DNA of 64,000 nt, from NCBI GenBank assembly GCA_951406725.2, contig OX597817.1:147808001-147872000 (forward strand), given 5' to 3'. How positions within the stretch are numbered: position 1 is the first letter of the stretch; each line of letters starts with the position of its first letter. A model generated the notes under the pieces. The model did not search any database. It was not told the origin of the DNA and saw only the letters and a list, made by a program, of their open reading frames with translations. Positions 1 through 12,322 of the stretch are shown here, piece by piece. The position numbers and the translations under genes are program-made. This DNA is from Octopus vulgaris (Eukaryota).

Positions 1-543
1 CTGGATCAACAAAACAACCAACATTATCCGAAAAAAATCCTACACATGTTTCAGTCCGACAGTATATTTGAATCATCAACATTTTGGTGCGCGCGTGTGT
101 GTGTGCGAGCGTGTATGCGGGTATGTATATATTTTTATTTTTTGGCGAATATGTGAGTGAACATGTGTTTCAAGTGAGGGTGGATGAGTATATACATATA
201 GGCGCATGTACGTGGGTGTGCGGGAGCGCATGCGTATATATAAATACATGCGCGCTTACGCGACTGCTATGAACATTTTTACTCCCTTACCTCTACTCCC
301 TCCCCTTAATTAGCGGTCATTCTAATAGCTCTTTTGTCTTAATAACGGTCAACCACATAGTCATTTCCCTTTGTTTAAAGGTTTTTTTCATAGCATTTTT
401 TTCGACGGCCTGATAGCTGAAGAGATGCCGGCGTGGGTTTGCACACCGACATCCGAAACTCGGAGTTTTATCAGGGCTACCGAATAATTGTCACATATTA
501 TATTTACAGATGATTTCCTTTATTCACATAATATCGAGGTCTC
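1..543 (+). mobile_element. 3' UTR/pseudo-LTR of a Penelope-like element (PLE), cut by the window start
   Basis: About 200-543 is homologous, in inverted orientation, to 2309-2660, the 3' end of the Naiad-type PLE. Both copies end at ATATCGAGGTCTC. Contains a hammerhead motif at 409-475. Confidence 0.75.
409..475 (+). ncRNA. Type I hammerhead ribozyme motif
   Basis: Stem I CCTGATAG(409-416)/TTATCAGG(468-475); core CTGAAGA(417-423); imperfect stem II GATG-CCGG-CGTG...CAC-ACCG-ACATC; GAAA(455-458); stem III ACT-cgg-AGT; GUU triplet (465-467). Confidence 0.75.
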
Positions 544-565
544 TTAAATTTTTTTTGCTGTCTTA

Positions 566-626
<61 letters not shown>

Positions 627-663
627 CGTGCGTGTGTGTGTGTGTGTGCGTGCGTGTGTGTGT

Positions 664-858
664 TTGTCCATTCACCATCGTTTGAAAACCAGTGTTGATG
701 TGTTTACGTGTCCGTAACTTAGTTCTTAGGTAAAAGTGAACGACAGAATAAGTAGCAGACCTACAAAGAATAAGTCCTGGGGTCGATTTGTTCAACTAAA
801 AGCGGTGATCCAGCATGGCCGCAGTCAAATGACTGAAAGGAGCAAAAGAATGAAAGAA
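664..858 (+). mobile_element. SINE family A, 3' half
   Basis: Matches the 3' half of complete copies (...GGGGTCGATTTG...GCGGTGxTCCAGCATGGCCGCAGTCAAATGACTGAAA). Confidence 0.85.
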
Positions 859-865
859 ATGTATA

Positions 866-928
<63 letters not shown>

Positions 929-955
929 CAATATTATTATCATTATTATTATATA
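866..955. repeat. (ATT)n microsatellite
   Basis: Direct reading; it produces the poly-L and poly-I ORFs. Confidence 0.95.
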
Positions 956-1314
956 AATAGGTTTTAAGTCCAAGCAGTCTCGTCAAGCAGTCTCGTCAAG
1001 TCCAAGCAGTCTCGAAGCACACCCGCTGATTCCAAGTACCTATGTAGATGTATAAGTGTGAGGTATGCGTGAGCGTTGAAAATTCTGGGAATTATTTTTT
1101 GCAAAGTAAAAAGATATCATAGCACGCGATTGGTAAATATGTTGGCAATACCTATTCATAATCACACATATTTCATTTGCTAATAAGAGGTACAAAATTG
1201 TACATGTTACATAAACTTGTAAGCCATCTTCTACAAGATTTTCTTTAGAAAAATAATCAGATAACATTATATATGTTTTTATATATGCGTATATATATAT
1301 GCATATGTGTGTGT

Positions 1315-1440
<126 letters not shown>

Positions 1441-1441
1441 A

Positions 1442-1501
1442 TAGTGGTTAGAATTCATGGCTTTCATCCAGGCTGCCCGGGTTCGATTCCTGTCATGGAA
1501 A
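1442..1501 (+). pseudogene. 5'-truncated tRNA-Glu(TTC) pseudogene
   Basis: TAGTGGTTAGAATTCATGGCTTTCATCCAGGCTGCCCGGGTTCGATTCCTGTCATGGAA resembles metazoan tRNA-Glu from the D-loop to the 3' end: anticodon TTC at 1463-1465, B-box GGTTCGATTCC, T7 run at 1509-1515. The 5' acceptor strand is replaced by microsatellite. Confidence 0.7.
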
Positions 1502-1819
1502 CGTGCTCTTTTTTTCAAGGTCCCTTTGTGTGTAGTAAAGAAATAGGTTCACGCACATCTAGAGACTTTCAGACCTTAACTAACACAATTCTAGTTACAG
1601 AAACTGGTTTCCTCAAACTGGCTTGTCAGCCCTAAGAAAGTCACCGAAGTTAGTCACTTAGTAACCCAAACTGGTTTACTCAAACTAGTTACACCAAACT
1701 GTGTCACTCTAACTAGTCACACAAACTTGGGTCCATAATTTTACTCAGTGGACATGGTTATCCACCAGTATATTAATAAATGTGTTCTTCCTTTTCTTTA
1801 AACAGGTGTGATTTGCAAG

Positions 1820-2085
1820 ATACTTACTTACTTGTACTTGTGGTGACGTTCATCCAGGGCGGGTTGAGCCGGCTTTTTCTCTGGTCCTGACGGCATAGAA
1901 GAAGTTTCGTGGGAATATTGAATTCACAAGCGGTCCCTGACATAGCATATCCCGAGTGACGGGACGCCCTGTTTGCTGCGGAGTCTCCACAGACGCAGGG
2001 ACAGAACGAACTCGAAGCCGCCGGTTACCGATCAGATGCCTCTTGGAATTTTCACCATAGCCCCATTGGCCAGGCTACGGCCCTA
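1820..2085 (-). mobile_element. Possible decayed 3' end of a LINE (RTE-like) with an (AAGT)n tail
   Basis: GC-richer island; the minus strand reads ...RRLR...GRP... and ends in ACAAGTAAGTAAGTA. Weak match. Confidence 0.3.
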
Positions 2086-2308
2086 ATACCGCTCGGTGCC
2101 AGATACAAGATAAACCGATGTTGTATAGCAATGGTTCTCAACCATATTTTGCCTACGGAAACCTTTCGTTCTTATTTTACTCTGTTTCCGCCCCCTAAAC
2201 ATTCGATGTATAAAAACTAGTTTTATGGATACTTCTTTCAAAATATGTATTTTGTTTCTAACGCATTTACCTACATAATAGTAATGGTAAAACAACAAAG
2301 GAATGAAT

Positions 2309-4132
2309 GAGACCTCGATATTAGGTAAATAGCTGAATTTACCTGTAAATATAATATGTGACAATTATTCGGTTGCCATAATAAGACTCCGAGTTTCAGA
2401 GGTCGGGGCGGAAAACTGCTCAGTTATCGAGGCAATCAAAAAATGCTATGCCCGTTAAATAGAGGGAAATTACTATGTAATTGATTGTTATTAAGACGAA
2501 AGAGCTATTGGAATGACCGTTAAATAAGGTGGAAAATCCCGAAGGGGAGAAAGTAAGCAAGTAAGGAAGTAAAAATGCTCATAGAAATCGTGTAAGCGCG
2601 CATGTACATACATTCACATGTGCGCGCGCACACCCACGAACAATGGGCCCATAAGCATATGCTCACTCACACTCATGTGAAACACATGCATGCACGCCCA
2701 CACATGCGCCTATATATGCACATATATATGCAACCATGCATATACACGTATCCATATCCGCGCACACGCACACACATGTGCACATACCCATACGTACAAA
2801 ATTATATTCAAATACACGTCTAAAATACGTACATGCTATATATGTATATACTCACTCACACTCGCATGTACACCTACATATATACGCAACCATACACATG
2901 TGCATATACATGTATATACATACATACCCGCACGCGCACACACACGCACACACACACACACACGCAAAAAATGTTCATATACACGTTTATATACGCATAT
3001 GCGCAAGAAAAATGCAGGGTGAAAGGCAAACTACAGAAAAAATGTGTAAAATTATATAAAGCAATAAAAATATAAATATATATATATATGAATATGTAAA
3101 AAATATATAAAAAATTGACAGGTAAAATACTTGTACGTGGACACAATATAAAAAGCAGGTTCTATCTGATCTTGGGGGTACCAAAAACGTAACAAATATT
3201 TAACCATATGTGGACAGTTCTTGAATTCAGACATGTAGCGGTGTTTAAGCTGCTTCTCCAGATGAGCCATCTTTCCATATCACAAAGACCGCACTTTGCA
3301 CTGCCGTTGGTGTAAGGCTGACACTTGGCTAAGTCTCCCAATGGATGTTGTAACTGACACGTTTATCTTTTAAGGACCATATATGGCTGGATAATTTGGT
3401 CGTTTTTCTTTTATCCTAGTGCCTGAAGCTCAAGGTGTGATTGTTGAACCTGGCCTTAAAATTCTCCTCTGTGAGACACACATATTTCTTTATCGAAACT
3501 CTGTCCTTAGTGGTTGTAGAGTCTACGGTGGATTCATAAATGATGGTCTCGGACGTACAAGCTCCATTTAGCGGGCACGAAGTTTTATCCCTGCATGAAC
3601 AGCTGGTTTCATTTTGTGGTTTTTGTGTGTTGTGTGCGATTATTTTTTTAAAATTAGTAGTTGAGCTAAAACTGATTTTTAAGTAATGTCTATTGAAGGG
3701 CTGTCTGTAACTGAGAATGATGGGAAAATGTCTATCTATAAGTGCTATGAAACACCTATATTAAAGGTCACTTCGGGGGAATAAGGGTGTGTGAACCAGA
3801 CAGTTTTCCTATTCCTATGTTTCATTTTCTTTATTATTGGACTGGTGACTGGTGTATAGGTTATTTCCTCGCTAAATCCACTATCTTTTAGAGCATTATT
3901 TTATACTGGGGCAACGCTATTAAAATGTCCCTATCAGAGGAGAGGCAAGAAATTCTTTTTCTAATGTTTTTAACTAAATTTTTAAACACTATGGGGGATG
4001 AGAGGAGCTAACATTAATATAACTAAATCTATCGTCGGGCTTCCTATAAGGTTTGTAAATATTCTTATTTACAGCTAAGGATACATCTAGGAAACTGAAA
4101 CCGTCTGTAGTTATGCTAAGACCGAAAGTTTT
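2309..4132 (-). mobile_element. 5'-truncated Penelope-like retroelement, Naiad-type (RT C-terminus + GIY-YIG endonuclease pseudogene + 3' UTR/pLTR)
   Basis: Minus-strand translation across frameshifts: FGLSIT..FLDVS..YKPYRKP..YINVSSSHPP..RNRKTVWFTHPYS..CSCRDKTSCPLNGACTSETIIYE..KYVCLTEENFKARFNNH..LSSHIWSLK..YTNGSAKCGLCDMER..LNSRT. These are the Cys-rich linker and GIY-YIG motifs of Naiad PLEs. A degenerate hammerhead half (GAAACTCGGAGTC) lies near 2385-2397. Confidence 0.85.
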
Positions 4133-4144
4133 ATCCAAATGATG

Positions 4145-4490
4145 AAAACTATTCGTTCCATGACTTTGCTGAAGTGCGAGGTCAAAGAGATAGGTCTGTA
4201 GTTTTTTGGCCTCTGCTCTGCTACCTCCTTTATGAATAGGGCATATTTTACCCTCCTTCAGCTTGCTTGAAAGTTTGCCAGTTGCAAGGAAGCTCTGAAA
4301 AGAGGGACTGCAGTGGTCTTGCTAGGACTCGCTTACACGATTTTAGAAGGATTACTGGGAATCTATCAGGGCCAGTAGCTGAGTTTGGGTTCATTTCATC
4401 TATAGCCCTTATTACATCGTCTTCTTTTGTACTGATGTAATCAATCATCACTGCTTCTGTTTTTATATCTGCAGCGGTAAAAAGAGTCAG
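4145..4490 (-). mobile_element. CR1/L2-group LINE reverse transcriptase fragment (N-terminal RT subdomains)
   Basis: DDVIRAIDEMNPNSATGPDRFPVILLKSCKRVLARPL, then after a frameshift KICPIHKGGSRAEAKNYRPISLTSHFSKVMERIV. Confidence 0.85.
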
Positions 4491-4539
4491 CTGGAAGAAA
4501 TGACAGTGAGATGAAGAAAGATGGTGTGATGGAGTGAAG

Positions 4540-4830
4540 TAAAGATATAGAGAGGGAGAAAGAGAGAAAGAGAGAGTGTGTTTACATATTTAGAGAGAAG
4601 CAATGGAGAGAAAAGCGAGAAAAGGAGGAAGTGATGGAGAGAAGTGTGTGTGTGAGAGAGAGAGGGGAGAGGGAGAAGGAGAGAGAGAAAGGGAGAGAGA
4701 GAGGGAGAGAGAGAGGGGAGAGAGAGATGGAGAGGGAGAGAGGGGAGAGAGAGATGGGAGAGAGATGGGAGAGAGATGGGAGAGAGAGAGGGGAGAGAGA
4801 GGGAGAGAGAGAAAGGGAGAGAGAGAGAAT
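4540..4830. repeat. Purine-rich (GA)n low-complexity tract
   Basis: Direct reading. Confidence 0.9.
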
Positions 4831-5606
4831 TTATGCAAACTCTTGAAAAGAAATAGACTTGGACAGGGATATATAAATAAACGAATGAATAAATGTATGC
4901 CCGTCTGTATCTACGGGAATGGTGTTAAATTAGGAGTAATGAAAGCTAAACCTCTCTATAATAATCAATAATCTCGTAAGTCAAAAGCAAAACGTAGAGA
5001 AAAGACCCTTAGGTAAATTTATCTTTCTACTTTCGTCTAATAATAGCTTTCAATAAATGACAGAAAATGCACAAAAATACTTATGTAGATTTTCCTAACA
5101 GACGGGTATTTCCATGGCAGTGGAAGATTTTGAACCTCTTTTCAAATTATGGTATCACCATGTGCTGCTTGATACGATACACTGTGTACATTTCGTGTAT
5201 TCGTAAGGGCTTTTATTTTTTCTGTTTTTTTCTTCTATATATTACAGATGGCATTTCTTTAAAGGTGTCGTGTTGTGGTTCACTCAGAATTTATTAAAGA
5301 CTGATTTTTTTTTTCGATCGGAAATCGCAATTATTTTAGAAATTTCGTAAAATCCACGTGTTCTTATTTGTAACGCTAATACGTCTTACATTCGCAAAAT
5401 ATGTTTCTTGTTTAATATATTTCAGTTTATATTTCCTCAAATGTATTATTTATTATTCAGGAAGACATTTAGGGCCTTTTTATTTATTTATTCTTTTTAT
5501 AGAAATCGGAACCTTTTAGAAATTTCTTAGCGATTTTCTGGGAGCTTACATAAACACGTGTTGATCAGAGGCCACAAAATTTAATTATAATAATAATAAT
5601 AATAAT

Positions 5607-5643
<37 letters not shown>

Positions 5644-5687
5644 CCTTTTTTATTTTCTCTCCCTGCACACACACACACACACACACA

Positions 5688-5978
5688 GTTGATACGATCA
5701 ACGGAACAGCATGCTTGTGGAATTAACGAGCAAGTAGCTGAGTACTCTACAGACACGTGTACCCCTAACGTAGTTCTCAGGGAGATTCAGCGTGACACAG
5801 AGTGTGACAAGGCTGCCCCCCTTGAATTACAGGTACTACTCATTTTTACTAGCTGAGTGTACTGGAGCAACGTGAAATAAATTGTCTTGCTCAATGACAC
5901 AACGCATCACCGGGAACTGAACTCACGACCTTACGATAGTGAGCCGAATTCCCTAACCACTAAGCTACGCGCCTTCAC
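5688..5978 (-). mobile_element. SINE family D (tRNA-like head + CORE-like body) with tail type 2
   Basis: Reverse complement reads GTGAAGGCGCGTAGCTTAGTGGTTAGG...GAGTTCAGTTCCC...GAGCAAGACAATTTATTTCACGTTGCTCCAG. The tail is shared with 36108-36290. Confidence 0.8.
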
Positions 5979-6039
5979 AAACACTCACACCCATACACAC
6001 ACACACACACGCACACACACATATATATATATATATATC

Positions 6040-6453
6040 TTTTAATCTTTTAATCTTTTACTTGTTTCAATCATTTGACTGTGGCCATGCTGGGTCACCG
6101 CCTTTAGTCGAGCAAATCGACCCCAGGACTTATTCTTTGTAAGCCCAGTACTTATTCTATCGGTCTCTTTTGCCGAACCGCTAAGTGACGGGGACGTAAA
6201 CACACCAGCATTGGTTGTCAAGCAATGTTAGGGGGACAAACACAGACACAAACACATACACACACATACATATATATATATACATATATACGACAGGCTT
6301 CTTTCAGTTTCCGTCTACCAAATCCACTCACAAGGCATTGGTCGGCCCGGGGCTATAGCAGAAGACACTTGCCCAAGATGCCACGCAGTGGGACTGAACC
6401 CGGAACCATGTGGTTGGTAAGCAAGCTACTTACCACACAGCCACTCCTGCGCC
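6040..6453 (-). mobile_element. SINE family A, full length
   Basis: Head GGCGCAGGAGTGGCTGTGTGGTAAG, B-box-like GGTTCAGTCCC, CORE-like CTTGGGCAAGTGTCTT, internal TA/TG tract and CR1-like tail; many copies in the window. Confidence 0.92.
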
Positions 6454-6499
<46 letters not shown>

Positions 6500-7134
6500 C
6501 ATACATACATTCATACATAGATACATGCATATAGATTTGTTTATATATATAAGCATTTAAGGATGTGCGCTAACACATCACAAGCGCACACAAGCAGACT
6601 AAATAACAGGCTGGAAATACAAGCAATTCGATGTTAGCTTATATTGCAGCCGTCGATCAGATTAGGACCAATTGTAAATCAATTGGTTTTAGTAACTTCC
6701 TATGCCTAGTTCGAATGCATTTATTCTATCTACGCTTCTTGTCATTGAACCGAGTGTCAGTACCGACGTACTATACCCATGATTAAAAGCATTCAAGCTT
6801 TATCATTTTTGGTATCATTATGCATGTGTAGGACTACAGGCACCTAGTGTATTATTTCGTTCATTAACACGTTAAGGAGTGATTTGAGGGAGATTTCGAT
6901 AATATTTCTAGCCTTTCGAGTAAGCACATAGGCGCTCACACATTATTCGTTGGAATTCCTTTCTGATAGCGAACGGAAGAGATTTGTCTACAAAGACAAT
7001 AACTAAAATATAGACAGAATATATGTCAGCAAAGATACACACACTTACGCACCGCCCTCTCTCTCTCCAGTGAGTGGACAGACGAAAGTAAGTGGCGCTC
7101 AAAATACGTGGTCTTATCTATCTATCTATCTATA

Positions 7135-7180
<46 letters not shown>

Positions 7181-7413
7181 CCTATCTATCTATCTAGCTG
7201 TCTATCTATCATTCTATTTATTTATTTATTTATCTATCTAGCTATCTATCTGTGTGTCTGTCTTTGTGTGTGTCAGTGGATATGTAAGGCAATTTGGATT
7301 TTGTAAAATCTGTGCATTCCTTAAGCATCACTCGAAAGCAATACTCGGCAATCTACGTATTAAGACATTGTCTTGTATTTTTCTCATTTATATGTGTGTG
7401 AGAGAGAGAAGAA

Positions 7414-7469
<56 letters not shown>

Positions 7470-7994
7470 GAGCAACAACATTGTATCCACGGAGAATCTC
7501 ATGTATCATGTCGACAACTTTGAGTCTATGACAAATCAGCATATTTTGCTTGAAAGAAACAAGAATAAATAAATAAATACATTTTTGCGAGTTATAAACT
7601 TACATTTTCTTTCACTTGAAGAGCGATTCCTTATCCAGAACATCATAGTAATGATCATGTTCAAAAGAAGAAACAGAACTGTTAGGCAGACCAAGAAGCA
7701 TGACACTCTTGTGTCAGTTTTGCAAAAGGCAGGAAAAAAAAATGAAATGACTTTGTCATGTGACACGCACGACACCCTATTTGTAGTGAATGTGCTCATA
7801 AGAGGACAAAATCTCGGTAAAAGAAATACATGAAAGGAACCAATATGAACGAATAGAGCAACATCAGAGAGAAAGATGGTAGAAATCTTGAGTTTGGGTG
7901 GGTGGCTGGGAAATATTAAGAGGGGAAGTTTTGTCTTTTTCTCTGCATCAATGGCTTCTCGAGGTGAAGGAGTTAGATTTAAAGAGCAATTGGA

Positions 7995-8210
7995 GGCAGT
8001 GAGATGTCGGAATCGCTATTACGCCGAACGAAATATTTAACGGTATTCCTCCCGGCTCCTTGCATTCTGAGTTCAAATTACTCCGAGGACCACTTCACCG
8101 TTCGCTCTTTCAGGATCGATAAAATAAGTACTAGTTGAGCCTTGGGGTCGAAAGAGTCAACTTAGACCTCCTCTCAAAATTCCTGGTTTTGGGCCAAAAA
8201 TTAGAAATAA
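7995..8210 (+). mobile_element. SINE family B, degenerate
   Basis: GAGTTCAAATTA...TTTCAGGATCGATAAAATAAGTACTAG...TGGGGTCGA matches family B. Confidence 0.6.
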
Positions 8211-8462
8211 TTAGAGCAATTGATCTTTTTCTCGCTTTTGTTTATTGTTATTAACGACGAATCCCGATGTAAAAGATCGAATAAATAACATGGGAATTTT
8301 TTTTTTGCCTGTTCAATCGAAATATGATTTTTATTAAAGTTTTCTTATCAGACTGAGAATAAGCTAATGCAAATATTATCCATTGCCTTCAACGTTGCAG
8401 TATTTAATGCCGAGTCTTAATACACCGAGGGGGTTTCAATGTAGATTTTAAAAATATAAGTA

Positions 8463-8843
8463 CAGAAAAAAGCACTCAGAGAGCGAAAATCTCCGCTAAG
8501 TCGAAAACCAACATTCTCTCAACGATCATCCAGGCATGATTTTAAAAACGAGAATATCTTAAAAAACTCCACTGCTTTCAAGAATGAGAATACTATAAAT
8601 GAACCCGACCGCTCTCAAAGATTAAGCTAAAAAAAAAAAAAAAAAAAAAAAAATCCAGAATCCTTGTCCGGTACGGATCAATCCCAAAATCTAAGCAGTT
8701 CGTGCAAGTCATGAGGCCTAACACCCCTGAAAGTGCCATCTGAATCAATCCAGCGGTTCTTGAGTTATCCTGTCCAAGGACAAACAACCAAACAAACGCG
8801 ACCGAAAACTATACATCTGCTTTCGCTAAATCGGAGAGACTAA
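8463..8843 (-). mobile_element. Non-autonomous Helentron/HINE (DINE-1-like) element
   Basis: The minus strand starts TTAGTCTCTCCGATTTAGCG...GTTTTCGGTCGCGTTTGTTTG, contains the GATAACTCAAGAACCGCTGGAT core, and ends CTTAGCGGAG...CGCTCTCTGAGTGCTTTT (subTIR + short hairpin + T-run). Confidence 0.65.
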
Positions 8844-8929
8844 GTACTTGCCAAAACTAGTGATCAATTCTATTGATAACACGTTCTGTTCTATCTCAAA
8901 CTACTGGATAAACAAGTAACTTCCTTCAA

Positions 8930-9362
8930 GGCGGCGAGCTGGCAGAAACGTTAGGACGCCGGGCGAAATGCTTAGCAGTATTTCATCTGTCGTTACGTTC
9001 TGAGTTCAAATTCTGCTGAGATCAACTTTGCCTTTCAACCTTTCGGGGTCGATAAATTAAGTACCAGTTACGCACTGAGGTCGATATAATCGACTTAATC
9101 CTTTTGTCTGTCCTTATTTGTCCCCTCTATGCTTAGCCCCTTCTGGGCAATAAAGAAATAAGAAACGTTAGCACGCCTGGCGAAATGCTTAACCGTATTT
9201 CGTCTGTCTTTACGTTCTGAGTTCGAATTCCGTCAAGGTCAACTTTGCTTTTCTTTCATCCTTTCGGGGTCGATAAATTAAGCACCACTCCCATACTGGG
9301 GACGATCTAATCGACTGGCTCCTCCCCCCAAATTTCGGGCCCTGTGCCTAGATTAGAAAAGA
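8930..9362 (+). mobile_element. SINE family B, tandem dimer
   Basis: GGCGGCGAGCTGGCAGAAACGTTAG (A-box-like), GAGTTCAAATTC (B-box) and GCCTTTCATCCTTTCGGGGTCGATAAATTAAGTACCAG (resembles the Meta-SINE central domain). A second unit starts at about 9161 and has a different tail. Confidence 0.88.
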
Positions 9363-9863
9363 ATATTTAATTGTCTGTTATTGGTATCAAAAAAATAAAT
9401 ACCGGGCATGTTCTGTTATCGATTTATCATCTCCATCTTTCCATTTTAATTTTCATCTAATTTTAATTATGTATAATTCAATGTTAAATGTATTTGAAAC
9501 ACCAGCCTTATCTTCCCATGTATGAGGCTATTATGAACTCACACCACTTTAATTTTGTGATTTCCATGGAGTTTCAAAGATAGGCTCAGTCTATTGGACT
9601 TGGTGTCAGTGTTTGGCAAATAAAATTGCGGCTGGTGATACCAAAGTAAAGTAAAAAAATTGGAACACAGAATGGAAAAGAAAGCAGGACCAAATATCCT
9701 TAGACACGCCAAAAGTTCCAGAAATCCTGTACCGGTATTTCATTACTCAACCTCGAAAGGGGAGAAGGAAATTTTAATCATTGTGGGATTAAACAATCAT
9801 TGTGGGATTGACAACTGGAACTAAATAGGCAAGATATTTAATCCGATGCGGCATTGATAATAC

Positions 9864-10095
9864 CTATTTCTTTTACTACCAACAAGGGGTTAAACACAGA
9901 GAGGACAAACAAGGACAGACAAACGGATCAAATCGATTACATCGACCCCAGTGCGTAACTGGTACTTAATTTATCGACCCCGAAATGATGAAAGGCAAAG
10001 TCGACCTCGGCGGAATTTGAACTCAGCACGTAGCGCAGACGAAATACTGCTAGACATTTCACCCGGCGTGCTAACGATTCTGCCAGCTCGCCGCC
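9864..10095 (-). mobile_element. SINE family B, full length
   Basis: Reverse complement of the 8930-9160 unit. Confidence 0.88.
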
Positions 10096-11010
10096 GTGCG
10101 GCAATGGTAATAGCAATTCAGCATAAATACGTGCCAAAAGCATAAAGATCGAAACCATTATATAGAATTTAGAATATACAAAACGTAACATTGTTGGGTG
10201 AGATCAGAAGTGGAGCCTTTGGTTCAAAAGCTCCATTTTCGACTGAATACAGAAAGATTGAACTGCCAACTTAGGAATCGTAAGTTCAAATGTATTGTGT
10301 CTATTTTATTTGTTTCGTAGCTAGCGTTTTATATTTCCAGATTTTCTCTTTCATACAGTCAAATACTTACTACTTCGCCAAGAAAACCTATCAAAAGTAA
10401 CTATCAACATTTACTATACATTCTGTAACACTTATCTATTCATTGTACTAATCTTGTTCTTTCTTTTCGTTTGTTCAGCTGCTAAATTTTTTCATCGTTT
10501 TATTTACTTCTTTATTTGTCGTTTTTCTTATCCGTCTCATTTGTGGGACTCTTTTTCATCAAAACATTTTTTCTCTGAAGGTCACAAAAACCATCTTTCC
10601 TGAGATTCATAGATGTAACCCTTAAACACTGGCTTCCTTTAATCTACATAAAACACAACTCTAGATTTCTTTAACCTACGTAAAAACAACTTTCTACCCT
10701 GTGGGGATAAAACGTCTATATCTTCTTACAAAATCTATTTATTTTGTTTACATGTTTTTTTCTTCTTTTTATCCTTCAATAATCTTATTCAACAAATTTA
10801 TGGCTTCTCATAAAACCTTTTTTATTCATTGCTTGGCGTTGCTCTTGCGAATTATAGTAGCTCTTTAAATCATCAAATATATTATGATTCCTCCCTGGCG
10901 CAGAAAGAAATGAAAAAGAATCTTGTATTACATTGCTGTAATAATCTTTTATACTCTACCTCTACAAAATCGAAGAAGTCATTCAACTGAGAAATACGAA
11001 GAACGCACAC

Positions 11011-11054
<44 letters not shown>

Positions 11055-11580
11055 CTAATAATAACAACTAATAATAACAATGATAATAACAATGATAATA
11101 ATGATAACAACTACACTGATTTCTCTAAATTTGTGTAAGACATTTAATATAAAAGAGCAAAATAACATTTTGAAAGCAATACAATAAAAAACAAAATAGA
11201 AAAAATGCATTGTTTTCCCTTTTTTTCACTTCGCTCTCCCAAAGTACTTTCAACACAAAGCATTTTCGAAATTGGTGTCAACACGAAACCATAAAACTTC
11301 TCTGAAAAATCCTTATCATTTTAAAAACAAACAAACAAAAAAAAGAGCAGAAGTGATCCCTGAAATATTTCGATATTTATTAGAAGGAAGGATTCCCTGA
11401 AGGTGTTTTTTTTTTGTTTCCGGAGAGAATGCTTCAGGAAAATTTTAATTCGGAGATTTTTGGAATGGGATACAGCAGGAATGAGAAAAAGATGAGAGGC
11501 ACTATCGCGAGTATGTTAGGCGGAACTTGTACCATTGTAAATAATTCAAAAGAGACGTTGTTGTTGTAGCCTTGCGAGGG

Positions 11581-11583
11581 AGA

Positions 11584-11646
<63 letters not shown>
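11581..11646. repeat. (GA)n microsatellite
   Basis: Direct reading. Confidence 0.95.
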
Positions 11647-11648
<2 letters not shown>

Positions 11649-11825
11649 CTAATGGATGCTGAGAATGACCAATCAACCAGATGACGTTCTGATGTATGTG
11701 GTAATGTTTGCATTTGTAGTAGCAGGAAGAGGATGAAAAGCTACAGTGGTAATAGTAGCTGCAGCAACAATATTAGTAATAGTAGCAGCCGAAGAGGTTG
11801 TAGTAGTAGCAGCAGCAGCAGCAGT

Positions 11826-12050
11826 AACACCTAAAGCTCCACGAGGCTTCGGCAGGGGGTGGTGGTGACCCCTGTTGTACTCTTTCGCTCCAACTTTCTC
11901 TCACTCTTTCTTCCTGTTTCTTGTCCCCGACTTCCTACGCAACCGCAACCGCTGAGCCTGGATACGCAGTCATCCACCCGTCGATGCTCTTGGTGTTGGG
12001 GTTTGACCTGCTTTCTCCTCTGCGGGTCTTACGAATAGCAAAGGACCACT
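11826..12050 (+). mobile_element. SINE family C body (no head) with a distinct tail
   Basis: AACACCTAAAGCTCCACGAGGCTTCGGCAGGGGGTGGTGG...AACTTTCTCTCACTCTTTC is shared with the 38601 and 48918 copies. Confidence 0.65.
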
Positions 12051-12134
12051 ACAGACAATCCTGAGGCGCGATCTTGCGAGCACTGAGACGAAGACCGCTT
12101 CGCTCAAGTAACAAACAAACAAAGCAGTAATATT

Positions 12135-12322
12135 GGCTTGACATTTTGGCACAAAGCCAGCAGTTCTGGAGGAGGAGGAGGAATCGATTACATTGATCGA
12201 AGTGCTCAACTGGTAACTTATTTTATCGACCTCGCGAGGATGAAAAGCAAAGCCGACTCCATTTGAACTCAAAAGTCAGAAGAAATACCGCTAAGATAAC
12301 GATTCTGCCAGCTCACCGCCTT
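12135..12322 (-). mobile_element. SINE family B, degenerate
   Basis: Contains CTGGTAACTTATTTTATCGAC...GGATGAAAAGCAAAGCCGAC...TTTGAACTC...GATTCTGCCAGCTCACCGCC. Confidence 0.7.

Noticed and set aside
969-1018. Repeated CAAGCAGTCTCG units resembling an array
   Set aside because: A short local tandem duplication with no spacers; not CRISPR-like, and the DNA is eukaryotic.
2130-2200. CAATGGTTCTCAACC hAT-like terminus
   Set aside because: No matching second end or 8-bp TSD was found.
3200-3620. Possible selenocysteine (in-frame TGA) Naiad
   Set aside because: The conserved Cys codons read TGT/TGC; the interruptions are a TAG and frameshifts from decay.
6225-6560. Recurrent ORFs reading RQASFSFRLPNPLTR...
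   Set aside because: Antisense translation of SINE family A, not a gene family.
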